A DNA stretch of 64,000 nucleotides from Eledone cirrhosa (Eukaryota): NCBI GenBank assembly GCA_964016885.1, contig OZ024740.1, forward strand, positions 11,284,001 to 11,348,000. Reading direction: 5' to 3'. The position numbers and the translations under genes are program-made. Shown here in pieces: positions 54,001 to 64,000 of the stretch. The first letter of the stretch is position 1. Each line of letters opens with the position of its first letter. The notes under the pieces are model-generated. The model ran no database searches. It saw only the letters and a list, made by a program, of their open reading frames with translations, and had not been told where the DNA came from.

Positions 54001-57000
54001 TGTTGTTGGAGGTAGTGATTTTGTTGTTGTTGGAGGTGGTGATGTTGTTGATTGTTGGTAGTGATGTTGTTGTTGTTGGAAATAGTGATGTTGTTGTTGG
54101 AGGTAGTGATGCTGTTGTCGTTGGAGGTAGTGATGTTGTTGTTGTTGGAGGTAGTGATGAAGTTGTTGTTGGTATTAATGTTGTTGTTGTTGGAGGTAGT
54201 GATGTTGTTGTTCTAGGAGGTAGTTTTGTTGTTGTTGGAGGTAGTGATGTTGTTGTTGGTGGTAGTGATGTTGTTGTTGTTGGAGGTAGTGATGAAGTTG
54301 TTGTTGGTAGTGATGTTGTTGTTGTTGGAGGTAGTGATGTTGTTGTTGTTGGAGGTAGTGATGTTGTTGTTGGGGGTAGTGATGTTGTTGTTGTTGGAGG
54401 TAGTGATGTTGTTGGTGTTGGAAGTAGTGATGTTGTTGTTGTTGGAGGTAGTGATTTTGTTGTTGTTGGAGGTGGTGATGTTGTTGATTGTTGGTAGTGA
54501 TGTTGTTGTTGTTGGAAATAGTGATGTTGTTGTTGGAGGTAGTGATGCTGTTGTCGTTGGAGGTAGTGATGTTGTTGTTGTTGGAGGTAGTGATGTTGTT
54601 GTTGTTGTTGTTGGAGGTAGTGATGCTGTTGTTTTGGTAGTGATGTTGTTGTTGTTGGAGGTAGTGATGTTGTTGTTGTTGGTAGTGATGTTGTTGTTGT
54701 TGGAGGTAGTGATGTTGTTGTTGTTGTTGGTAGTGAAGTGATTTGTTGTTGTTTTTGGTATTGATGTTGTTGTTGGTAGTGATGTTGTTGTTGGAGCTAG
54801 TGATGTTGTTGTTGTTGGTAGTGATGTTGTTGTTGTTCGAGGTAGTGATGTTCTTGTTGTTGTTAGTGATGTTGTTATTGTCGGTAGTTATGTTGTTGTT
54901 GTTGGAGGTAGTGATGTTGTTGTTGTTGTTGGTAGTGATGTTGTTGTTGTTGGTAGTGATGTTGTTGTTGTTGGAAGTAGTGATGTTGTTGTTGTTGTTG
55001 GTAGTGATGTTGTTGTTGTTGTAAGTAGTGATGTTGTTGTTGTTGGTAGTGATGTTGTTGTTGTTGTTGGTAGTGATGTTGTTGTTGTTGTTGGTAGTGA
55101 TGTTGTTGTTGTTGTTGTTGGTAGTGATGTTGTTGTTGTTGGTAGTAATGTTGTTGTTGTTGGAGGTAGTGATGTTGTTGTTATTGTTGTTGGTAGTGAT
55201 ATTGTTGTTGTTGGTAGTGATGTTGTTGTTGTTGGTAGTAATGTTGTTGTTGTTGGAGGTAGTGATGTTGTTGTTGTTGGTAGTGATGTTGTTGTTGTTG
55301 GAAGTAGTGATGTTGTTGTTGTTGTTGTAGGTAGTGATGTTGTTGTTGTTGGAAGTAGTGATGTTGTTGTTGTTGTTGGTAGTGATGTTGTTGTTGTTGT
55401 TGGTAGTAATGTTGTTGTTGTTGGTCGTGATGTTGTTGTTGTTGTTGGAAGTAGTGATGTTGTTGTTGTTGTTGTTGGTAGTAATGTTGTTGTTGTTGGA
55501 GGTAGTGATGTTGTTGTTGTTAGTAGTGATGTTGTTGTTGTTGAAGGTAGTGATGTTGTTGTTGTTGGAGGTAGTGATGTTGTTGTTGGAGGTAGTGATG
55601 TTGTTGTTGTTGGAGGTAGTAATGTTGTTGTTGTTGGAGGTAGTGATGTTGTTGTTGTTGTTGTTGGTAGTGATGTTGTTGTTGTTGGTAGTGATGTTGT
55701 TGTTGTTGGTAGTAATGTTGTTGTTGTTGGAGGTAGTGATGTTGTTGTTGTTGGAGGTAGTGATGTTGTTGTTGTTGGTAGTGATGTTGTTGTTGTTGTT
55801 GTTGTTGTTGGAGGTAGTGATGTTGTTGTCGTTGTTGGTAGTGATGTTGTTGTTTTTGGAAGTAGTAATGTTGTTGTTGTTGGAGGTAGTAGTGTTGTTG
55901 TTGTTGTTGGTAGTGATGTTGTTGTTGTTGGAGGTAGTGATGTTGTTGTTGTTGTTAATGATGTTATTGTTGTTGGAGCTAGTGATGTTGTTGTTGTTGT
56001 TAGTGATGTTGTTGTTGTTGGAGGTAGTGATGTTGTTGTTGTTGGAGGTAGTGATGTTGTTGTTGGGGGGTAGTGATGTTGTTGTTGTTGGAGGTAGTGA
56101 TGTTGTTGGTGTTGGAAGTAGTGATGTTGTTGTTGTTGGAGGTAGTGATTTTGTTGATGTTGGAGGTGGTGATGTTGTTGTTGTTGGTAGTGATGTTGTT
56201 GTTGTTGGAGGTAGTGATGTTGTTGTTGTTGTTAAAGATGTTATTGTTGTTGGAGCTAGTGATGTTGTTGTTGTTAGTGATGTTGTTGTTGTTGGAGGTA
56301 GTGATGTTGTTGTTGTTGGAGGTAGTGATTTTGTTGTTGTTGGAGGTAGTGATGTTGTTGTTGTTGGGGGTAGTGATGTTGTTGTTGTTGGGGGGTAGTG
56401 ATGTTGTTGTTGTTGGAGGTAGTGATGTTGTTGTTGTTGGTAGTGATGTTGTTGTTGTTGGAGGTAGTGATGTTGTTGTTGTTGTTGTTGTTGTTGGTAG
56501 TGATGTTGTTGTTGTTGGAGGTAGTGATGTTGTTGTTGTTGTTGTTGTTGTTGGTAGTGATGTTGTTGTTGTTGGAGGTAGTGATGTTGTTGTTGGAGGT
56601 AGTGATGTCGTTGTTGTTGGAGGTAGTGGTGTTGTTGTTGTTGTTGTTGTTGGAAGTAGTAATGTTGTTGTTGTTGGAGGTAGTAGTGTTGTTGTTGTTG
56701 TTGGTAGTGATGTTGTTGTTGTTGGAGGTAGTGATGTTGTTGTTGTTGTTACTGATGTTATTGTTGTTGGAGCTAGTGATGGTGTTGTTGTTGTTAGTGA
56801 TGTTGTTGTTGTTGGAGGTAGTGATGTTGTTGTTGTTGGTAATGATGTTGTTGTTGGAAGTAGTGTTGTTGTTGTTGTTGTTGTTGGTAGTGATGTTGTT
56901 GTTGTTGGTAGTGATGTTGTTGTTGGAGGTAGTGATGTTGTTGTTGTTGTTGGTAGTGATGTTGTTGTTTTGGTAGTGATGTTGTTGTTGTTGTTGGTAG

Positions 57001-60000
57001 TGATGTTGTTGTTGTTGGAGGTAGTGAAATTGTTGTTGTTGGAGGTAGTGATGTTGTTGTTGTTGGAGGTAGTGATGTTGTTGTTATTGGAGGTAGTGAT
57101 GTTGTTGTTGTTGTTGTTGGAGGTAGAGATGTTGTTGTTATTGTTGTTGGTATTAATGTTGTTGTTGTTGGAGGTAGTGATGTTGTTGTTCTAGGAGGTA
57201 GTTTTGTTGTTGTTGGAGGTAGTGATGTTGTTGTTGGTGGTAGTGATGTTGTTGTTGTTGGAGGTAGTGATGTAGTTGTTGTTGGTAGTGATGTTGTTGT
57301 TGTTGGAGGTAGTGATGTTGTTGTTGTTGGAGGTAGTGATGTTGTTGTTGGGGGTAGTGATGTTGTTGGTGTTGGAAGTAGTGATGTTGTTGTTGTTGGA
57401 GGTAGTGATTTTGTTGTTGTTGGAGGTGGTGATGTTGTTGATTGTTGGTAGTGATGTTGTTGTTGTTGGAAATAGTGATGTTGTTGTTGGAGGTATTGAT
57501 GTTGTTGTCGTTGGAGGTGGTGATGTTGTGTTGTTGGAGGTAGTGATGTTGTTGTTGTTGTTGGTAGTGATGTTGTTGTTGTTGGAGGTAGTGATGTTGT
57601 TGTTTTGGTAGTGATGTTGTTGTTGTTGGAGGTAGTGATGTTGTTGTTGTTGGTATTGATGTTGTTGTTGTTGGTGGTAGTGATGTTGTTGTTGTTGTTG
57701 TTGGTAGTGATGTTGTTGTTGTTGGAGGTAGTGATGTTGTTGTTGTTGTTGGTAGTGATGTTGTTGTTGTTGGTAGTGATGTTGTTGTTGTTGGAAGTAG
57801 TGATGTTGTTGTTGTTGTTGGTAGTGATGTTGTTGTTGTTGGAAGTAGTGATGTTGTTGTTGTTGTTGGTAGTGATGTTGTTGTTGTTGTTGGTAGTGAT
57901 GTTGTTGTTGTTGTTGGTAGTGATGTTGTTGTTGTTGGTAGTGATGTTGTTGTTGGAGGTAGTGATGTTGTTGTTATTGTTGTTGGTAGTGATATTGTTG
58001 TTGTTGTTGGTAGTGATGTTGTTGTTGTTGTAGGTAGTGATGTTGTTGTTGTCGTTTGTCGTGATGTTGTTGTTGTTGTTGGAAATAGTGATGTTGTTGT
58101 TGTTGTAAGTAGTGATGTTGTTGTTGTTGGTAGTGATGTTGTTGTTGTTGTTGGTAGTGATGTTGTTGTTGTTGTTGGTAGTGATGTTGTTGTTGTTGTT
58201 GTTGGTAGTGATGTTGTTGTTGTTGGTAGTAATGTTGTTGTTGTTGGAGGTAGTGATGTTGTTGTTATTGTTGTTGGTAGTGATATTGTTGTTGTTGGTA
58301 GTGATGTTGTTGTTGTTGGTAGTAATGTTGTTGTTGTTGGAGGTAGTGATGTTGTTGTTGTTGGTAGTGATGTTGTTGTTGTTGGAAGTAGTGATGTTGT
58401 TGTTGTTGTTGTAGGTAGTGATGTTGTTGTTGTTGGAAGTAGTGATGTTGTTGTTGTTGTTGGTAGTGATGTTGTTGTTGTTGTTGGTAGTAATGTTGTT
58501 GTTGTTGGTCGTGATGTTGTTGTTGTTGTTGGAAGTAGTGATGTTGTTGTTGTTGTTGTTGGTAGTAATGTTGTTGTTGTTGGAGGTAGTGATGTTGTTG
58601 TTGTTAGTAGTGATGTTGTTGTTGTTGAAGGTAGTGATGTTGTTGTTGTTGGAGGTAGTGATGTTGTTGTTGGAGGTAGTGATGTTGTTGTTGTTGGAGG
58701 TAGTAATGTTGTTGTTGTTGGAGGTAGTGATGTTGTTGTTGTTGTTGTTGGTAGTGATGTTGTTGTTGTTGGTAGTGATGTTGTTGTTGTTGGTAGTAAT
58801 GTTGTTGTTGTTGGAGGTAGTGATGTTGTTGTTGTTGGAGGTAGTGATGTTGTTGTTGTTGGTAGTGATGTTGTTGTTGTTGTTGTTGTTGTTGGAGGTA
58901 GTGATGTTGTTGTCGTTGTTGGTAGTGATGTTGTTGTTTTTGGAAGTAGTAATGTTGTTGTTGTTGGAGGTAGTAGTGTTGTTGTTGTTGTTGGTAGTGA
59001 TGTTGTTGTTGTTGGAGGTAGTGATGTTGTTGTTGTTGTTAATGATGTTATTGTTGTTGGAGCTAGTGATGTTGTTGTTGTTGTTAGTGATGTTGTTGTT
59101 GTTGGAGGTAGTGATGTAGTTGTTGTTGGTAGTGATGTTGTTGTTGTTGTTGGAGGTAGTGTTGTTGTTGTTGTTGGAGGTAGTGATGTTGTTGTTGGGG
59201 GGTAGTGATGTTGTTGTTGTTGGAGGTAGTGATGTTGTTGGTGTTGGAAGTAGTGATGTTGTTGTTGTTGGAGGTAGTGATTTTGTTGATGTTGGAGGTG
59301 GTGATGTTGTTGTTGTTGGTAGTGATGTTGTTGTTGTTGGAGGTAGTGATGTTGTTGTTGTTGTTAAAGATGTTATTGTTGTTGGAGCTAGTGATGTTGT
59401 TGTTGTTGTTAGTGATGTTGTTGTTGTTGGAGGTAGTGATGTTGTTGTTGTTGGAGGTAGTGATTTTGTTGTTGTTGGAGGTAGTGATGTTGTTGTTGTT
59501 GGGGGTAGTGATGTTGTTGTTGTTGGGGGGTAGTGATGTTGTTGTTGTTGGAGGTAGTGATGTTGTTGTTGTTGGTAGTGATGTTGTTGTTGTTGGAGGT
59601 AGTGATGTTGTTGTTGTTGTTGTTGTTGTTGGTAGTGATGTTGTTGTTGTTGGAGGTAGTGATGTTGTTGTTGGAGGTAGTGATGTCGTTGTTGTTGGAG
59701 GTAGTGGTGTTGTTGTTGTTGTTGTTGTTGGAAGTAGTAATGTTGTTGTTGTTGGAGGTAGTAGTGTTGTTGTTGTTGTTGGTAGTGATGTTGTTGTTGT
59801 TGGAGGTAGTGATGTTGTTGTTGTTGTTACTGATGTTATTGTTGTTGGAGCTAGTGATGGTGTTGTTGTTGTTAGTGATGTTGTTGTTGTTGGAGGTAGT
59901 GATGTTGTTGTTGTTGGTAATGATGTTGTTGTTGGAAGTAGTGTTGTTGTTGTTGTTGTTGGTAGTGATGTTGTTGTTGTTGGTAGTGATGTTGTTGTTG

Positions 60001-63000
60001 GAGGTAGTGATGTTGTTGTTGTTGTTGGTAGTGATGTTGTTGTTTTGGTAGTGATGTTGTTGTTGTTGTTGGTAGTGATGTTGTTGTTGTTGGAGGTAGT
60101 GAAATTGTTGTTGTTGGAGGTAGTGATGTTGTTGTTGTTGGAGGTAGTGATGTTGTTGTTATTGGAGGTAGTGATGTTGTTGTTGTTGTTGTTGGAGGTA
60201 GAGATGTTGTTGTTATTGTTGTTGGTATTAATGTTGTTGTTGTTGGAGGTAGTGATGTTGTTGTTCTAGGAGGTAGTTTTGTTGTTGTTGGAGGTAGTGA
60301 TGTTGTTGTTGGTGGTAGTGATGTTGTTGTTGTTGGAGGTAGTGATGTAGTTGTTGTTGGTAGTGATGTTGTTGTTGTTGGAGGTAGTGATGTTGTTGTT
60401 GTTGGAGGTAGTGATGTTGTTGTTGGGGGTAGTGATGTTGTTGGTGTTGGAAGTAGTGATGTTGTTGTTGTTGGAGGTAGTGATTTTGTTGTTGTTGGAG
60501 GTGGTGATGTTGTTGATTGTTGGTAGTGATGTTGTTGTTGTTGGAAATAGTGATGTTGTTGTTGGAGGTATTGATGTTGTTGTCGTTGGAGGTGGTGATG
60601 TTGTGTTGTTGGAGGTAGTGATGTTGTTGTTGTTGTTGGTAGTGATGTTGTTGTTGTTGGAGGTAGTGATGTTGTTGTTTTGGTAGTGATGTTGTTGTTG
60701 TTGGAGGTAGTGATGTTGTTGTTGTTGGTATTGATGTTGTTGTTGTTGGTGGTAGTGATGTTGTTGTTGTTGTTGTTGGTAGTGATGTTGTTGTTGTTGG
60801 AGGTAGTGATGTTGTTGTTGTTGTTGGTAGTGATGTTGTTGTTGTTGGTAGTGATGTTGTTGTTGTTGGAAGTAGTGATGTTGTTGTTGTTGTTGGTAGT
60901 GATGTTGTTGTTGTTGTTGGTAGTGATGTTGTTGTTGTTGTTGGTAGTGATGTTGTTGTTGTTGGTAGTGATGTTGTTGTTGGAGGTAGTGATGTTGTTG
61001 TTATTGTTGTTGGTAGTGATATTGTTGTTGTTGTTGGTAGTGATGTTGTTGTTGTTGTAGGTAGTGATGTTGTTGTTGTCGTTTGTCGTGATGTTGTTGT
61101 TGTTGTTGGAAATAGTGATGTTGTTGTTGTTGGAGGTAGTGATGTTGTTGTTGTTGGTAGTGATGTTGTTGTTGTTGGAGGTAGTGATGTTGTTGTTGTT
61201 GTTTGTCGTGATGTTGTTGTTGTTGTTGGAAATAGTGATGTTGTTGTTGTTGGAGGTAGTGATGTTGTTGTTGTTGGTAGTGATGTTGTTGTTGTTGGAG
61301 GTAGTGATGTTGTTGTTGTTGTTGGTAGTGATGTTTTTGTTGTTGGAGGTAGTGATGTTGTTGTTGTTGGAGGTAGTGATGTTGTTGTTGTTGTTGGTAG
61401 TGATGTTGTTGTTGGAGATAGTGATGTTGTTGTTGTTGTTGGGAGTGACGTTGTTGTTGTTGGACGTAGTGATGTTGTTGTTGTTGGTAGTGATGTTGTT
61501 GTTGTTGGAGGTAATGATGTTGTTGTTGTTGTTGGTAGTGATGTTTTTTGTTGTTGGAGGTAGTGATGTTGTTGTTGTTGGAGGTAGTGATGTTGTTGTT
61601 GTTGGTAGTGATGTTGTTGTTGTTGGAGATAGTGATGTTGTTGTTGTTGGTAGTGATGTTGTTGTTGTTGGAGGTAGTGATGTTGTTGTTGGTAGTGATG
61701 TTGTTGTTGTTGGAGGTAGTGATGTTGTTGTTGTTGGTAGTGATGTTGTTGTTGTTGGAGGTAGTGATGTTGTTGTTGTTGGAGGTAGTGATGTTGTTGT
61801 TGTTGTTGTTGTTGTTGTTGGTAGTGATGTTGTTGTTGTTGGAGGTAGTGATGTTGTTGTTGGAGGTAGTGATGTCGTTGTTGTTGGAGGTAGTAGTGTT
61901 GTTGTTGTTGTTGGTAGTGATGTTGTTGTTGTTGGAAGTAGTAATGTTGTTGTTGTTGGAGGTAGTAGTGTTGTTGTTGTTGTTGGTAGTGATGTTGTTG
62001 TTGTTGGAGGTAGTGATGTTGTTGTTGTTGTTACAGATGTTATTGTTGTTGGAGCTAGTGATGTTGTTGTTGTTGTTAGTGATGTTGTTGTTGTTGGAGG
62101 TAGTGCTGTTGTTGTTGTTGGTAATGATGTTGTTGTTGGAAGTAGTGTTGTTGTTGTTGTTGTTGGTAGTGATGTTGTTGTTGTTGGTAGTGATGTTGTT
62201 GTTGGAGGTAGTGATGTTGTTGTTGTTGTTGGTAGTGATGTTGTTGTTTTGGTAGTGATGTTGTTGTTGTTGTTGGTAGTGATGTTGTTGTTGTTGGAGG
62301 TAGTGAAATTGTTGTTGTTGGAGGTAGTGATGTTGTTGTTGTTGGAGGTAGTGATGTTGTTATTATTGGAGGTAGTGATGTTGTTGTTGTTGTTGTTGTT
62401 GGAGGTAGAGATGTTGTTGTTATTGTTGTTGGTATTAATGTTGTTGTTGTTGGAGGTAGTGATGTTGTTGTTCTAGGAGGTAGTTTTGTTGTTGTTGGAG
62501 GTAGTGATGTTGTTGTTGGTGGTAGTGATGTTGTTGTTGTTGGAGGTAGTGATGTAGTTGTTGTTGGTAGTGATGTTGTTGTTGTTGGAGGTAGTGATGT
62601 TGTTGTTGTTGGAGGTAGTGATGTTGTTGTTGGGGGGGTAGTGATGTTGTTGTTGTTGGAGGTAGTGATGTCGTTGGTGTTGGAAGTAGTGATGTTGTTG
62701 TTGTTGGAGGTAGTGATTTTGTTGATGTTGGGGGTGGTGATGTTGTTGATTGTTGGTAGTGATGTTGTTGTTGTTGGAAATAGTGATGTTGTTGTTGGAG
62801 GTAGTGATGTTGTTGTCGTTGGAGGTAGTGATGTTGTTGTTGTTGGAGGTAGTGATGTTGTTGTTGTTGTTGGTAGTGATGTTGTTGTTGTTGTTGGAGG
62901 TAGTGATATTGTTGTTTTGGTAGTGATGTTGTTGTTGTTGGAGGTAGTGATGTTGTTGTTGTTGGTAGTGATGTTGTTGTTGTTGGAGGTAGTGATGTTG

Positions 63001-64000
63001 TTGTTCTTGTTGTTGTTGGTAGTGATGTTGTTGTTGTTGGAGGTAGTGATGTTGTTGTTGTTGTTGGTAGTGATGTTGTTGTTGTTGGTAGTGATGTTGT
63101 TGTTGTTGGAAGTAGTGATGTTGTTGTTGTTGGTAGTGATGTTGTTGTTGTTGGAAGTAGTGATGTTGTTGTTGTTGTTGGTAGTGATGTTGTTGTTGTT
63201 GTTGGTAGTGATGTTGTTGTTGTTGTTGGTAGTGATGTTGTTGTTGTTGTTGGTAGTGATTTTGTTGTTGTTGGTAGTGATATTGTTGTTGTTGGAGGTA
63301 GTGATGTTGGTGTTGTTGGAGGTAGTGATGTTGTTGTTGTTGAAGTAGTGATGTTGTTGTTGTTGTTGGTCGTAATGTTGTTGTTCGAAGTAGTGATGTT
63401 GTTGTTGTTGGAAGTAGTGATGTTGTTGTTGTTGGTAGTGATGTTGTTGTTGTTGGAAGTAGTGATGTTGTTGTTGTTGTTGTAGGTAGTGATGTTGTTG
63501 TTGTTGGAAGTAGTGATGTTGTTGTTGTTGTTGGTAGTGATGTTGTTGTTGTTGGTAGTAATGTTGTTGTTGTTGTTGGAGGTAGTGATTTTGTTGTTGT
63601 TGGTAGTGATGTTGTTGTTGTTGTAGGTAGTGATGTTGTTGTTGTTGTTGTTGGAGGTAGTGATGTTGTTGTTGGAGGTAGTGATGTTGTTGTTGTTGGA
63701 GGTAGTAATGTTGTTGTTGTTGTTGTTGGTAGTGATGTTGTTGTTGTTGTTGTTGTTGGAGGTAGTGATGTTGTTGTTGTTGGTAGTGATGTTGTTGTTG
63801 TTGTCGGTAGTGATGTTGTTGTTGTTGGAAGTAGTAATGTTGTTGTTGTTGGAGGTAGTAGTGTTGTTGTTGTTGTTGGTAGTGATGTTGTTGTTGTTGG
63901 AGGTAGGGATGTTGTTGTTGTTGTTACTGATGTTTTTGTTGTTGGAGCTAGTGATGTTGTTGTTGTTGTTAGTGATGTTGTTGTTGTTGTTGGAAATAGT
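23983..64000. repeat. Giant (GTT)n-derived satellite, monomer [GGA]GGTAGTGAT(GTT)3-8, with higher-order repeats; runs off the right edge
   Basis: About 40 kb of continuous 18-30-bp monomers. The + strand is almost C-free. Rare variant monomers recur in fixed order. Confidence 0.98.

Noticed and set aside
23879-63348. Dozens of long poly-Leu/Val or GGSDVVVV ORFs on the + strand
   Set aside because: They are translations of the triplet-based satellite. Frames switch at recurrent indels and there is no domain or codon complexity.
24540-64000. Giant mucin-like PTS exon (TTTTSLPP)n on the - strand
   Set aside because: Recurrent non-triplet indels (GTTTTGGT, G6 runs, GATTGTT) break the frame every ~0.3-2.7 kb and are propagated in the higher-order repeats. 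There is no synonymous-site pattern, start codon or flanking exon. Stop-free frames follow from base composition.
23983-64000. Telomeric repeat array or CRISPR array
   Set aside because: No TTAGGG tandem array and no unique spacers; the context is eukaryotic.

Overview
Eukaryotic, repeat-only window with no host gene detected. The SINE types and microsatellite density suggest an octopus or other cephalopod genome, but that is an inference. (1) 1-12.7 kb is one (TAA)n microsatellite that has been split by at least five non-LTR retrotransposon insertions from two unrelated clades with opposite, fixed polarity: three Tx1/L1-clade copies (APE endonuclease, all on the - strand) and two R4/Dong-clade copies (restriction-like endonuclease, both on the + strand). 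(2) 12.8-23.9 kb is a TE and microsatellite patchwork: Penelope-like remnants (GIY-YIG fragment, ~340-bp inverted repeat, several hammerhead-ribozyme motifs of which one is nearly canonical), a young RTE fragment in (TA)n, a decayed CR1 fragment, a mariner-type MITE with a nested SINE, other SINEs and a 50-bp G4-prone minisatellite. (3) ~24-64 kb is an uninterrupted, strand-asymmetric satellite of more than 40 kb, [GGA]GGTAGTGAT(GTT)n, with nested higher-order duplications (~2-3 kb, ~7.4 kb, ~20 kb). Its many poly-L/V ORFs are artefacts. All coordinates were counted by eye.
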